From Ruminococcus sp. (lineage in GTDB: Bacteria > Bacillota > Clostridia > Oscillospirales > Ruminococcaceae): 64,000 bases of DNA. The notes beneath the pieces are model-generated. The model was not told where the DNA came from and did no database searches. It saw only the letters and a list, made by a program, of their open reading frames with translations. Each line of letters begins with the position of its first letter. Positions within the stretch are counted from its first letter, which is position 1. The stretch spans positions 11,139 to 75,138 of the forward strand of contig JAGAMB010000064.1 of assembly GCA_017624895.1 (NCBI GenBank), given 5' to 3'. Both the position numbers and the translations under genes were made by a program. Of this stretch, positions 20,611-30,357 are shown piece after piece.

Positions 20611-21501
20611 TTAATTTTTACGCTTCAGAAGTGTCTTTGTCAGCTCCATGAGAAACTCATTGTTCGGGATAGCGTCAAGCCACTCCAAAGCCTCCGATGT
20701 TGCCTTGTCAGCTGCTTCCTGTGCCTTTTCAATGCCGAAAATTGACACATAGGTATTCTTATTTGATTCAGCGTCACTTCCGACAGGTTTGCCAAGCTCC
20801 TCAGTAGTGCTTGTAACATCGAGAATATCATCTATTACCTGAAATGCAAAACCAAGACGCAGACCATACTCCGCAGCAGCTCTGATTGTTTCATTTTCTG
20901 CGTCGGCACAGATAGCTCCCATAACGCAGGATACAGCAATAAGCTGACCTGTCTTGCAGCGATAAAGATTGCGGAGATTTTCCTCGTCAACGGAATCTGA
21001 TTTTTCGTTTTCCATATCAATTACCTGTCCGCCGATCATACCATCTCTGCCCACAGAATTTGCAAGAACAGATATGATAAGAATTTTCTGCTCAGCTGTA
21101 AGATGAGGTGTATCCGCAATTATTTCAAAGGGAAGAACAGCAAGAGCATCACCGGCAAGAATTGCCATAGCCTCGCCAAACGCCTTGTGACAGGAAGGCT
21201 TTCCTCTGCGGAAATCATCGTCATCCATAGCCGGGAGATCATCGTGGATGAGCGAAAAGGTATGTATCATTTCAATTGCGCAGGCAGGAGCTGCTGCAAT
21301 TTCCATTTCTCCGCCCAATGCTTCACAGAAAGCATACACAAGGGCAGGACGGAGTCTTTTTCCGCCTGCTCTGAGAGAGTAGTTCATAGCGTCGATAAGT
21401 TTTACCTGCGGTCTGTTTTCGTGGCTGTAGTTGTTGTAATTCTTAAGCTCCTTTTCGGTAAACTCGATGTAGCGATTAAGGGTATCATTAAAATTACTCA
21501 T
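20611..21501 (-). CDS. ispA: Geranyltranstransferase / polyprenyl diphosphate synthase
   Basis: GGKRLRP, HDDLPAMDDDDFRRG, FQVIDDILD. Confidence 0.95.
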   Translation of the reverse strand: MSNFNDTLNRYIEFTEKELKNYNNYSHENRPQVKLIDAMNYSLRAGGKRLRPALVYAFCEALGGEMEIAAAPACAIEMIHTFSLIHDDLPAMDDDDFRRGKPSCHKAFGEAMAILAGDALAVLPFEIIADTPHLTAEQKILIISVLANSVGRDGMIGGQVIDMENEKSDSVDEENLRNLYRCKTGQLIAVSCVMGAICADAENETIRAAAEYGLRLGFAFQVIDDILDVTSTTEELGKPVGSDAESNKNTYVSIFGIEKAQEAADKATSEALEWLDAIPNNEFLMELTKTLLKRKN

Positions 21502-21504
21502 AGC

Positions 21505-21696
21505 TTATTTAACCTCCGTTATTTTAATTTTTGCGTTATCCAGCTGATTTTTGCATACTGCGGAAAGCTTTACTCCCTCGCCGTACAGCTCAACTGTTTT
21601 TTCAAGCGGAACATCGCCTTTTTCAAGCTCTGCGACTATATCCGCTAACTTCTTCATATTTTCTTCAAAGGATACGTTGTTTTCCATATCATTCAC
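21505..21696 (-). CDS. xseB: Exodeoxyribonuclease VII small subunit
   Basis: SFEE.M..L..IV..LE.G...LE..Y.EG. Confidence 0.93.
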   Translation of the reverse strand: MNDMENNVSFEENMKKLADIVAELEKGDVPLEKTVELYGEGVKLSAVCKNQLDNAKIKITEVK

Positions 21697-22885
21697 CGTT
21701 TATTTCAATTATTTCAGCTGTTGCTCTGCCCTTGTCAAACCGCAGCAGCACTTCCTGTCCCGCTGATAAATCAGCAGAATTTCTCACAAGCTCATCACCG
21801 CTGTACACAAGGGAATAGCCTCTTGCCATAACTTTAAGCGGACTGAGGCTGTCAAGCCTTGCCGCATTTTCCGCAAGAGCCGCTGTATGTCTGTCAATAC
21901 TGCGTAATGCAGCTGTTTCCGCACGTTTTTCAAGATTGCTCAGTTTTTCTCCCATAAGCTTCAACCTATTTTCGGGAGATTGCACCGCAAGTCTTGCTGA
22001 AATAGAATTATATACTGAGAGCTTTCTTTCAAAAACAGCTGATACAGCTTTTTCACACCGTTTTTCCATAGCTGAAACAGCCTCGGCAAGCTGTAATATA
22101 TCCGGAGCTGCAAGCTCCGCCGCTGCTGAAGGAGTAGGCGCTCTCATATCTGCCGCAAGGTCAGCAAGAGAGAAATCCACCTCGTGTCCCACCGCAGATA
22201 TAACAGGGACTTTACAGCCATATACAGCCCTTGCAACAGCCTCCGTATTATATGCGGACAGATCCTCAGATGAGCCGCCTCCTCTGCCAACAATTATAAC
22301 ATCACATTCAGCAGATTCAGCCTTTAATATCCCCTGACAGATCGACATAGGTGCCGCCTCTCCCTGTACAAGAGCGTCAACAGCATATATCTCACAGATG
22401 GGATATCGTCTTGACAGTACATTGATTATATCCTGTACTGCCGCACCGCTGAGGGATGTTACAACACCGATTTTCTTCGGCATACGCGGCAGACATCGTT
22501 TATGCTCCTGTGCGAATATTCCCTCCGCCGCAAGCTTTTTTTTCAGCTGTTCAAGGGCAACGCTTTCCTTTCCTGCCCCCTCAGGAATAATATCGTTGAC
22601 GTAAAGCTGATATACACCGTCACGCTCGTATGCAGAAATGCTTCCCGATGCCACAACAGCCATACCATCCTCAGGCTGAAATTTCAGCCTTGCCGCAGCT
22701 GACGCAAACATAACGGCTTTAAGAGTGCTTTCCTTGTCCTTTAGTGAGAAATAGCAATGGCCGCTTTTGTAGTGGCAGATGAAATTCGAAATTTCGCCCT
22801 TCACCATTATTCCCTGCAAAAGCCTGTCGCTTTTCAGCTTTGAGGCGATATATTTATTGACCTGCGTTACTGTTATTACAGGCAT
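21689..22885 (-). CDS. xseA: Exodeoxyribonuclease VII large subunit
   Basis: GEISN, GH.YFSLKD, RGGGS.EDL, GHE.D, PTPSAAAE. Confidence 0.97.
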   Translation of the reverse strand: MPVITVTQVNKYIASKLKSDRLLQGIMVKGEISNFICHYKSGHCYFSLKDKESTLKAVMFASAAARLKFQPEDGMAVVASGSISAYERDGVYQLYVNDIIPEGAGKESVALEQLKKKLAAEGIFAQEHKRCLPRMPKKIGVVTSLSGAAVQDIINVLSRRYPICEIYAVDALVQGEAAPMSICQGILKAESAECDVIIVGRGGGSSEDLSAYNTEAVARAVYGCKVPVISAVGHEVDFSLADLAADMRAPTPSAAAELAAPDILQLAEAVSAMEKRCEKAVSAVFERKLSVYNSISARLAVQSPENRLKLMGEKLSNLEKRAETAALRSIDRHTAALAENAARLDSLSPLKVMARGYSLVYSGDELVRNSADLSAGQEVLLRFDKGRATAEIIEINGE

Positions 22886-23829
22886 TTATCCTCACAACCT
22901 TTCAGGTATGCAAATATCGCTGTTCCTGCCGCATTATCACAGGAAAACTGCGGCTCGGCAAAGGACGCTCCCTCAAATCGGGAAATAATCTGCCTGCGTA
23001 TGAGCATATCCGACATAACTCCCCCTGCATACACAAGAGGTAATCTGCCGTGCTTTTCTATGGCATATTCCGTCATTGAAATAATAGTGGCTGCAATGAA
23101 ATCAAGGCAATATGCCGCGATATTTTCGGGAGCTTCGCCGCTTTCAAGCATAGCCTTGCACTTGTTCTCAACTCCTGAAAGACAGCAGTTTCCATCTTTC
23201 AGAACAGCTCTTATCCTTTTGCGGATATCAGCTTTTTCTGCAAGCTTTTCAAGCTCCATACCACAGGGAAAATCAAGCCCCAGCATAAGCCCTACTCTGT
23301 CAACAGCCTGTCCTCCGTTAAGATCAAGGGAAGTGCATATAGTGCTGATTTTCAGTACCAGCTCCTCATCAGGCTCACATAACAGACAATCGGTAGTTCC
23401 GCCGCTTACGTGAAAGGCAATGAACGGCTCGTTTATGAGTTCAAGCCTGTCCGCAGAATAAAGGGCAGCAAGGATATGACCTACCTGATGCGATGTAGTA
23501 TACACGGGAATTTTCTCAATCGCCCCATAGGAACGGACAAATCCCTCTCCGCATAAGAAGCAGGGCATATATGATCCTTCAATATTCCTTGGACGCGCAG
23601 ACGCTGCCGCCGCTGTGATTTTCCCGATCTCATTCTCCGAAAACAGTCCCTCTATCATATCGGGGAGCTGCTTTGTATGGTGGAAAACCGCATCGCTCTG
23701 CCGAAGCCCCAGCGCTCCGCTTTTCACGGGCAGAAGCTTTTTACGCTGTACTATCCTGTTTTCCTCGCTGATGTACACCGCCGCTGATGTGGTATAATTG
23801 CTTGTGTCTATACCGAGAAACTCAGGCAT
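22876..23829 (-). CDS. TsaD/Kae1-like (peptidase M22 family) protein
   Basis: LGIDTSNYTTS, HQVGH, HVSGGTT, GGV, DNA; start moved to ATG 23829. Confidence 0.85.
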   Translation of the reverse strand: MPEFLGIDTSNYTTSAAVYISEENRIVQRKKLLPVKSGALGLRQSDAVFHHTKQLPDMIEGLFSENEIGKITAAAASARPRNIEGSYMPCFLCGEGFVRSYGAIEKIPVYTTSHQVGHILAALYSADRLELINEPFIAFHVSGGTTDCLLCEPDEELVLKISTICTSLDLNGGQAVDRVGLMLGLDFPCGMELEKLAEKADIRKRIRAVLKDGNCCLSGVENKCKAMLESGEAPENIAAYCLDFIAATIISMTEYAIEKHGRLPLVYAGGVMSDMLIRRQIISRFEGASFAEPQFSCDNAAGTAIFAYLKGCEDKCL

Positions 23830-24235
23830 TTTCCTGTTCCTTTGCGCGGTCACGGGAAAATGCCCCCAGTACGCCGTTTATAAAGTTGACATCTTCACGG
23901 TAAGTATATGTTCCCGCAAGCTTTATAGCCTCGCTGATAGCCGCATTGTCGGGAGTCTTATCATCATAAAGACACTCGTACACAGCAATTCTCAATATTG
24001 CGTGGTTAAGCTTGGATATTCTTGCAAGCTTACGGGATCTGCTGTAGCTCTCAATTATGCTGTCAAGCTCATCTGCATGGGAAAGAGTACCGTTTACGAT
24101 AGCCTTAACTTCGTCGTTTACAGTAATTTCCTCGATTTCCTCCGCAATTTCATAAAGTTCCTCAATATTATCATCACGGAGAAGCTGCTCAAACACAAGC
24201 TTGAATGCACTATCTCTTATTTCACTTCTTGTCAT
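23822..24235 (-). CDS. nusB: Transcription antitermination factor NusB
   Basis: R...R..AF, ILR.AVYE, EAI.LA..Y, FINGVLG. Confidence 0.95.
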   Translation of the reverse strand: MTRSEIRDSAFKLVFEQLLRDDNIEELYEIAEEIEEITVNDEVKAIVNGTLSHADELDSIIESYSRSRKLARISKLNHAILRIAVYECLYDDKTPDNAAISEAIKLAGTYTYREDVNFINGVLGAFSRDRAKEQENA

Positions 24236-24252
24236 TTATTTTCTCCAATCTT

Positions 24253-24585
24253 TTAGAATACAACACCGTCTACAACAACGTTAACTCTTGCTACTGCAAC
24301 ACCTGTCATAGACTGTATACTGTCCTTAACGGCGGACTGTACATCCTGTGCAGTCTGGACAGCCTTGACGCCGTTTTTAACCTTTATCTTTATGTCGATA
24401 GCTGCAACATCCTCATACATTTTCACCTTAATAGGGCCGTTCTGTCTGAGCTTGCTGAGTTTATTGACTTCACCGCTTAACTCTGCAACTCCCTTTACAT
24501 CAAGAGCTGCAAGCTTTGCCACGGTAATAATAACATCCTCTGAGATTTTTAATGCTCCTGATGATGCTTTTTTAACACTATCCAT
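24253..24585 (-). CDS. Asp23/Gls24 family protein
   Basis: ISEDVI..VA..A...V.GV, VQ..VK..I..MTG; upstream of nusB. Confidence 0.92.
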   Translation of the reverse strand: MDSVKKASSGALKISEDVIITVAKLAALDVKGVAELSGEVNKLSKLRQNGPIKVKMYEDVAAIDIKIKVKNGVKAVQTAQDVQSAVKDSIQSMTGVAVARVNVVVDGVVF

Positions 24586-24668
24586 TTTTTACCTCCTGTT
24601 TAAAGGATTTTCAGTGTGTATACAGTTATCTGATTTAATTAAATATCCATATACACTCTTACTCTTAT

Positions 24669-24697
24669 ATTATACCAAATAATTCACAACTTTTCAA
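24669..24697 (-). promoter_or_regulatory. Sigma-A promoter of the asp23-nusB-...-recN block
   Basis: TTGAAA-17nt-TATAAT with extended -10 TG. Confidence 0.7.
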
Positions 24698-25264
24698 CTA
24701 CTTTACCTCAAAAATTCTGATATTTTCTGCTGAAACATCACTTTCGCTCATAATTATATCCTTTACTGAGGCAGCCTGCGCCTTATCAAGCCCTTCTGTC
24801 TTGATTACAACCTTTGCAGTTTCACCATCAAGGTATGCCACGCAGTCCTCAAAGCCCTGAGCTTTGACAAGTGATTCGATAGTACCCTCAGACTCAATAA
24901 GCTTTGATACCTCTACCGCGTCAATAGCATTTACAACCATTTCGTCCTCTGTAAGATCGCCGCCTCCGATTATAGTCTGCAAGGTCTGTACTGCTTCGTC
25001 ACGGTTGCTCATCTTATCAAGGCGCGCCTGTGCAAAATAGTCAGCCGAGGCTGTTTCTGCATTTTCATCAGATAAATCTGCATTTACAAATTCTGTTTCA
25101 CCATAGTTTTCGGTATCGCCCATTTCCGCTACCTTTACCGTATCGCCACCCTTTATGGTGTCAGGTGCGGTAATATAGTTTATGTAAACCGCCGCCGCAA
25201 GCATAAGTGTAAGGCAAGTCATTATAATCTGCTTTTTTCCTATTATCATTGTTGGCTTTTTCAT
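24698..25264 (-). CDS. spoIIIAH: Stage III sporulation protein AH
   Basis: N-terminal TM ending YINY, YF.QARL, IE.LVKA.GF.D. Confidence 0.92.
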   Translation of the reverse strand: MKKPTMIIGKKQIIMTCLTLMLAAAVYINYITAPDTIKGGDTVKVAEMGDTENYGETEFVNADLSDENAETASADYFAQARLDKMSNRDEAVQTLQTIIGGGDLTEDEMVVNAIDAVEVSKLIESEGTIESLVKAQGFEDCVAYLDGETAKVVIKTEGLDKAQAASVKDIIMSESDVSAENIRIFEVK

Positions 25265-25276
25265 AATATCTGCTCC

Positions 25277-25795
25277 TTATTTCATTATTGTTACATAAAT
25301 GTCAGCTGTTGGTATTCCAAGGGCTGCTGATGCCGCTTTGTACATACGCTCCTCAACTACGGGACTTCCGCAGCCTCTGCATATTATTACAGCTCCCGCA
25401 ATTTCAGGAGTTTTTACCGTTTCAATAAGCGGCTCACGGCTGCTTCCACCTATCAGGACATATTTTTCCTCTGAATTGCGTTTATTTTCTGATTCAGAGT
25501 GTTTCTCCTCGGAGGCGTAAATATACCTCTCCCCCGAACCTGCTGTAAGATATACCTCCACCTCACCTGCCCCTTCTATTTTTTCTAAAAATGCTTCAAG
25601 CCGTTCTTCATTTTCCCTGCAGAAGCTTTGTGCGACATCTGTATAAGGCTTTTCAGCGGCGATTACTTTTTTCTCATCCTTGTCGGATAATCCCGACAGA
25701 AAAAGCAGAACAACTCCTGCTGCTCCAAGCAGGGCGATTGCCGCGGCTGAACGCTTATCGCCTGCTATTTCTTTCAGCTTTTCAGTAATTCCCAT
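25277..25795 (-). CDS. spoIIIAG: Stage III sporulation protein AG
   Basis: L..IEGAG.V.V, P.I.G.VI.C.G; operon position. Confidence 0.88.
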   Translation of the reverse strand: MGITEKLKEIAGDKRSAAAIALLGAAGVVLLFLSGLSDKDEKKVIAAEKPYTDVAQSFCRENEERLEAFLEKIEGAGEVEVYLTAGSGERYIYASEEKHSESENKRNSEEKYVLIGGSSREPLIETVKTPEIAGAVIICRGCGSPVVEERMYKAASAALGIPTADIYVTIMK

Positions 25796-26243
25796 TTATT
25801 ACCTCCGTTCCCATTCCAAGACTGTTTTTTACTATAAGAGCCGCACCTTCGTAATCCTCCGCTATAATCGTCACACTACTAATAGATATGCTGTAATCTG
25901 CTGAAATATTAACATCTGTTTCAATTGATGTGTAATTAATTCCCGCACTCTGCAATTGCTGCTCCAGTACCGCATTTATATTAGCCTCTGTTTCCGCTTT
26001 GACAGACATTGCATATGCGTCGTTTTCAAGGTCGGCAGAGATATAGCTGTAATCCGACAGATCAGGCAGCTCGAAATTTATCGTTCCCTGTGCAAATGGT
26101 GCTATCATTACAAGGGCAAGAAGCAGATCAATAATCAAAACTATTGAAGTTTTCAGCTTTGACGATGACAACACACCGCCGATAACGCTCCTTGCTGCTG
26201 ATACGGCACATATGGCTATAACTGTAGATCTTACACTTTCCAT
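25782..26243 (-). CDS. spoIIIAF: Stage III sporulation protein AF
   Basis: Two N-terminal TM helices; between AE and AG; start moved to ATG 26243. Confidence 0.7.
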   Translation of the reverse strand: MESVRSTVIAICAVSAARSVIGGVLSSSKLKTSIVLIIDLLLALVMIAPFAQGTINFELPDLSDYSYISADLENDAYAMSVKAETEANINAVLEQQLQSAGINYTSIETDVNISADYSISISSVTIIAEDYEGAALIVKNSLGMGTEVINGNY

Positions 26244-26245
26244 TT

Positions 26246-27328
26246 CTACCCCCCGAAGGTTTTCATCAGTATGGCGGTACAAAGTATGAATATGACGGAA
26301 TAGCATACAAGTACGCATTGTGCTATGGCAAAGCCGCTGTCTATACTTTTCAGAAGCTTCGATATTTCCTGTGCAGCAAAAACATCAGCTGCCGCGCTCC
26401 CTGCCCACATTACAAAACGGTATACAAGCAGCTCCAGCAATGTAGGAAGAAGAAGTACCGCTATAGCGGCTATTCCGGCAGCACCTACAGTTCCGCCGAT
26501 CACCTCAAAGCTCCCCTTGACTGTGGAATAAGCGTCTGAAACGGCTCCACCCACAATGGGAACAAATCCCGATACAAGCATTTTCGCCGTTTTTGCCGCC
26601 GCACCATCTGCTCTGCCTGTAATAGAGCATTTCAGGGTAACAAAGCCTGTGAACAGCGTCATTGTAATAGATATTCCCCACGTTACTGTTTTTTTCAGGA
26701 GATTAACTATACTTTCAAGAGAGGTACTGGGGAATACGCTTCCTGCCGCACCCATAGAAGCAGTTATACCAAGAACGGGAAGAAGATAGCTCTCAGACAG
26801 CTTTACAATGACTTCGGAAGCGCCTAAGAGCATCATGTGACATACCCCTGCTGTTGAAAATCCGCCGCAGGCAACAGATACCGCCGACAGCACAGGCACA
26901 AATACAAGTATAAAGCCTCCGGTATTCTGTATTGTCCTCAGTATTCCGCTGTATACATCTGCAAGCTGCGGAAGTATTACCATAACAGATGCTATAACGC
27001 ATATGGTGCTGTACATTTTGTCTGAGTTATCCGACGCTGATTTCATTACAGCAGAAAATACTATAACGAGAAAGACAGAAGATAACATTTTCATAGGCGA
27101 TGACAAGCGAGATGAAAGCTCCGACCATATTATGCTGCCAAGAGCTTCAAGGGATAGATCGTCCATATCTGCCGCCTCAAAGCCTGTACCAAATTCCGAT
27201 AATATACCATCAAGCTCCTCTGTGATTTCCATGGTGTAATCGGAAAGCTCCGATGCATATACCGAAAATGGGGCGAAACAAGGAAAAATCAGTATAAGTG
27301 ATATAACAATGATAAATATTTTTTTCAT
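26246..27328 (-). CDS. spoIIIAE: Stage III sporulation protein AE
   Basis: Multi-TM protein, VPIVGGAVSDA motif. Confidence 0.9.
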   Translation of the reverse strand: MKKIFIIVISLILIFPCFAPFSVYASELSDYTMEITEELDGILSEFGTGFEAADMDDLSLEALGSIIWSELSSRLSSPMKMLSSVFLVIVFSAVMKSASDNSDKMYSTICVIASVMVILPQLADVYSGILRTIQNTGGFILVFVPVLSAVSVACGGFSTAGVCHMMLLGASEVIVKLSESYLLPVLGITASMGAAGSVFPSTSLESIVNLLKKTVTWGISITMTLFTGFVTLKCSITGRADGAAAKTAKMLVSGFVPIVGGAVSDAYSTVKGSFEVIGGTVGAAGIAAIAVLLLPTLLELLVYRFVMWAGSAAADVFAAQEISKLLKSIDSGFAIAQCVLVCYSVIFILCTAILMKTFGG

Positions 27329-27335
27329 ATTCCAC

Positions 27336-27725
27336 CTACATCAAACTGCTTATCTGCTCCAGGACAGCCTTTACAAGAGGAAGACTCAGCAGAGTTACAG
27401 CTCCCCTGCCCCAAAGCTCCGATGCCGAGGCTATTGCGCTTTCACCGCTGTCACGGCAAAGCTCTGAGGTTATCCGCGTAATAATACATATTGCTGCTCC
27501 TTTGTAAATAAGCGCAAGGTAGCTTTCGGATATTCCTGCCGCCGCGAAAATATTCCTGAGCTCCTCCATCATTGGTGCGGCAAAAGCGGCAAAACTTCCC
27601 ATAATGACTGTACAGGCGGCAATGGCAAGAAGCATTGACTGCTCGCGGCAATGCTGACGGAGCAGAACCGCAAGTATTGCTGAACAAAGGCAGAATGACG
27701 CAGTTACAAAGCTTCTATCTATCAT
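27336..27725 (-). CDS. spoIIIAD: Stage III sporulation protein AD
   Basis: LCRDSGESAIAS..EL.G, SLP. Confidence 0.9.
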   Translation of the reverse strand: MIDRSFVTASFCLCSAILAVLLRQHCREQSMLLAIAACTVIMGSFAAFAAPMMEELRNIFAAAGISESYLALIYKGAAICIITRITSELCRDSGESAIASASELWGRGAVTLLSLPLVKAVLEQISSLM

Positions 27726-27916
27726 AAGCCAAACACCGTTTTTACTGTTTCGAATAGCCCTGCAATTTCCTCTACAATAAGCATCAGCACAACGATAAGT
27801 CCTGCAAGTGTTGTCATCATCGCCTGTTCTTCACGTTCCGCACGTTTCAGCACAAGGTTGAGTACGGCTACAATTATGCCTGTTCCTGCAATTTTGAAAA
27901 TCAGATCTATGTCCAT
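27722..27916 (-). CDS. spoIIIAC: Stage III sporulation protein AC
   Basis: MDIDLIFKIAG.GI.VAVL..VLK...REEQA. Confidence 0.95.
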   Translation of the reverse strand: MDIDLIFKIAGTGIIVAVLNLVLKRAEREEQAMMTTLAGLIVVLMLIVEEIAGLFETVKTVFGL

Positions 27917-27928
27917 TTCTCCACCCCT

Positions 27929-28435
27929 TTACAGTACAAGTATGCCTGCCATTACGCCAAAGAGAAGCCCTGTCCCACGGTATAACCTGCCCTTTTTCAG
28001 TAATGCATCACGACGAAGCACCATAATTGCTTCAAGTTCACGCTCTAAATCATATATTTCGCTGAGCTGTGCGGAACAGTCAGCTCTGCCAAGAATTTCA
28101 CCAAAACGAATAAGCAGCTCCTTTTCCTCCTTGTTACCATAAAAACCACTTTCTACAGCATCTCTCCACAGCTTATGAAAATCCTCCCCTGATTTATATT
28201 CATCAGGAAGAAAATTGACAAATCCCAGACAAGAAAACTGCTTTTCCTCTTTTAAACTGCGACAGAAGCTGTACACATCATCGCCTCGTCTGCATATTAT
28301 GTACTCCGCAGAGCGAAAAATCTGCCCTATGCTGACACAGATATTTCTTGCCTCCCTAAGCCTGTCAGCCAGCGAATAGCCTATTACACCGCCAATTACT
28401 GTGAAAAGCACAGCCGCACCAACTCTAAATATCAT
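27929..28435 (-). CDS. spoIIIAB: Stage III sporulation protein AB
   Basis: Terminal TM helices, FG..LG..D...Q, LYR..G. Confidence 0.85.
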   Translation of the reverse strand: MIFRVGAAVLFTVIGGVIGYSLADRLREARNICVSIGQIFRSAEYIICRRGDDVYSFCRSLKEEKQFSCLGFVNFLPDEYKSGEDFHKLWRDAVESGFYGNKEEKELLIRFGEILGRADCSAQLSEIYDLERELEAIMVLRRDALLKKGRLYRGTGLLFGVMAGILVL

Positions 28436-29342
28436 CCCTGAGCCTCCTTATTTCTTTAATTTTGCCTATGCTTCGCGCTCCGGAAAGTATAACAGCGTAG
28501 TCGAATACTTCCTTTTTCAGCAATTGCTTCATAATCGGACGACTGCACATCTCACGAAAACTCCCGCCATGAACCGTAGCGCAAAATTTCACGCCGCAGC
28601 CAATACTGCTCAGAATTGCAGCCGAGTCCTCATCGGTTGATATCTCATCACAGAAAATGTAATCTGGAGATAAAGTGCGTACAGCAGAAATTATCCCCTT
28701 TGCCCTTGTACATCCTGTGAGAACATTGGTGAGTATTCCCACATCATTGCGGATAATTCCCCCATCGGTGCAGGCTATCTCGTTACGCTCGTCCACCAGA
28801 GCAACCTTGGAAGTATTCCCTATTAGCCTGCATAAATCACGCAAAAGCGTGGTTTTACCGGAATTGACTCCGCCGCAGATAACAACACCGCAGGCATTTT
28901 TACAGATAAGTGAATAAACCTCCTCACCGCAACCGATAATATTTCTGGAGATACGAAAATTAAGTCCTGTAATATCCGCAAGCTGACCATCATTTCCATA
29001 TCGCCCTGAAAGTCCTACTCGAACACCGCCGCGGAGAACGAATACTCCGTCACGAAGCTGACTTGCACAGCTATGTATGGAATAATGGGACAAATAATTC
29101 ATCACAGCATCAATATCCGAGGGTAAAACTGTTACCGCCGAAACATTGTTTGAATTAGCTGTAAGTCCGCTGCTTGTCAGATACATTATTTTATCAGGGA
29201 AAACAAGTGCTGCTTGCCTGCCCGAATTAATCCGCAGCTCTGTTATATGTTCCCTGTCCGCAAATTTAACTGCCATAAAAGGCACTCTGATTTTTTCAGG
29301 AAGGTATTCCGCAATTACTTCCCAGCTTGTACGTTCTGTCAT
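28425..29342 (-). CDS. spoIIIAA: Stage III sporulation protein AA (ATPase)
   Basis: ELRI, G.RVG, GKTTLLRD, DER.EI, R.LSP....DEI. Confidence 0.93.
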   Translation of the reverse strand: MTERTSWEVIAEYLPEKIRVPFMAVKFADREHITELRINSGRQAALVFPDKIMYLTSSGLTANSNNVSAVTVLPSDIDAVMNYLSHYSIHSCASQLRDGVFVLRGGVRVGLSGRYGNDGQLADITGLNFRISRNIIGCGEEVYSLICKNACGVVICGGVNSGKTTLLRDLCRLIGNTSKVALVDERNEIACTDGGIIRNDVGILTNVLTGCTRAKGIISAVRTLSPDYIFCDEISTDEDSAAILSSIGCGVKFCATVHGGSFREMCSRPIMKQLLKKEVFDYAVILSGARSIGKIKEIRRLRDDI

Positions 29343-29363
29343 TTAAGACACCCCTTTCCCTAT

Positions 29364-29393
29364 ATCATATGTGCGAGTAAAGCATGATATGAC
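29364..29393 (-). promoter_or_regulatory. Sigma-E promoter of the spoIIIA operon
   Basis: GTCATAT-15nt-CATATGAT on the minus strand, matching the sigma-E consensus. Confidence 0.75.
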
Positions 29394-29416
29394 AAGCTGT
29401 ATCGGTTTTAGGGCAT

Positions 29417-29447
29417 AAAAAAACGCCCTTGCGAACAAGGACGTTTT
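29417..29447 (-). terminator. Intrinsic terminator of the ABC transporter operon
   Basis: AAAACGTCCTTG-TTCG-CAAGGGCGTTTTTTT. Confidence 0.85.
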
Positions 29448-29460
29448 GAATATTTGGAAA

Positions 29461-30357
29461 TTATTCCTTTACACCACCGAGTGCAACACCGGCAATAATG
29501 AATCTTGAAAGGAAAACGTAAGCAATGATAATAGGAACGATTGCAAGTGAAAGTGCAAGATAAATAGCACCAAAATCGTTAATCTTATCAGAGGACTGGA
29601 TACCGGAAACCATCATAGGAAGTGTTTTCTGGTTAAGGTCTACGTTAATAAGAATCATATTAGGTGTATAGAAGTTGTTCCAGCTTGCGATGAATGCGAA
29701 GATTGCCTGTACAGCAATAGCCGGCTTCATCATAGGAATAGCTATTGATACAAATGTTCTGAACTCGTTACATCCGTCAATACGAGCAGCCTCAACAATT
29801 TCCAGTGGGAAAGAGGACTTCATGTAAGATCTCATGAAGTAAACAACTGAGGGAGCTGCAATTGCAGGAAGAATAAGAGGCCAGTATGTATTTGTAAGCT
29901 TAAGGTCAGCCATGAATGCAACGAAACCTGCGGATGTAACCTGCATAGGAATCATCATTACAAGAAGGATTACTGTGTAGGAAATATCCTTGAGTTTGAA
30001 GTCGTATACGTGAATACCATAAGCTGTCATAGCTGAGAAAAATACTGTAAAGAAAGTACAGAATATAGTAATAAATAAACTGTTCTTATAACCGTGAAGT
30101 GCGTCATAAGACATTCTGATATTCTGGTTAGAAGCGATAGTCTTGAAGTTCTCACCTAAATGTGAACCCGGAATAAAGCTAAGGCTGCTGGCGATATCAG
30201 ATGTTTCACGAGTAGCGTTGATTATAAGAAGGTAGATAGGAAGCAGACAAATAATTGTCAGAATAACAAACCAAATAAACAGAGCAGTTGATTTGATCTT
30301 TATCTTAGCAGAATAATTGTCCTTAGGTTCTCCATAAGTTGATTTCATTTTGCTCAT
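29461..30357 (-). CDS. Carbohydrate ABC transporter permease (MalG-type)
   Basis: EAARIDG loop, WNNF..P, TM helices. Confidence 0.93.
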   Translation of the reverse strand: MSKMKSTYGEPKDNYSAKIKIKSTALFIWFVILTIICLLPIYLLIINATRETSDIASSLSFIPGSHLGENFKTIASNQNIRMSYDALHGYKNSLFITIFCTFFTVFFSAMTAYGIHVYDFKLKDISYTVILLVMMIPMQVTSAGFVAFMADLKLTNTYWPLILPAIAAPSVVYFMRSYMKSSFPLEIVEAARIDGCNEFRTFVSIAIPMMKPAIAVQAIFAFIASWNNFYTPNMILINVDLNQKTLPMMVSGIQSSDKINDFGAIYLALSLAIVPIIIAYVFLSRFIIAGVALGGVKE

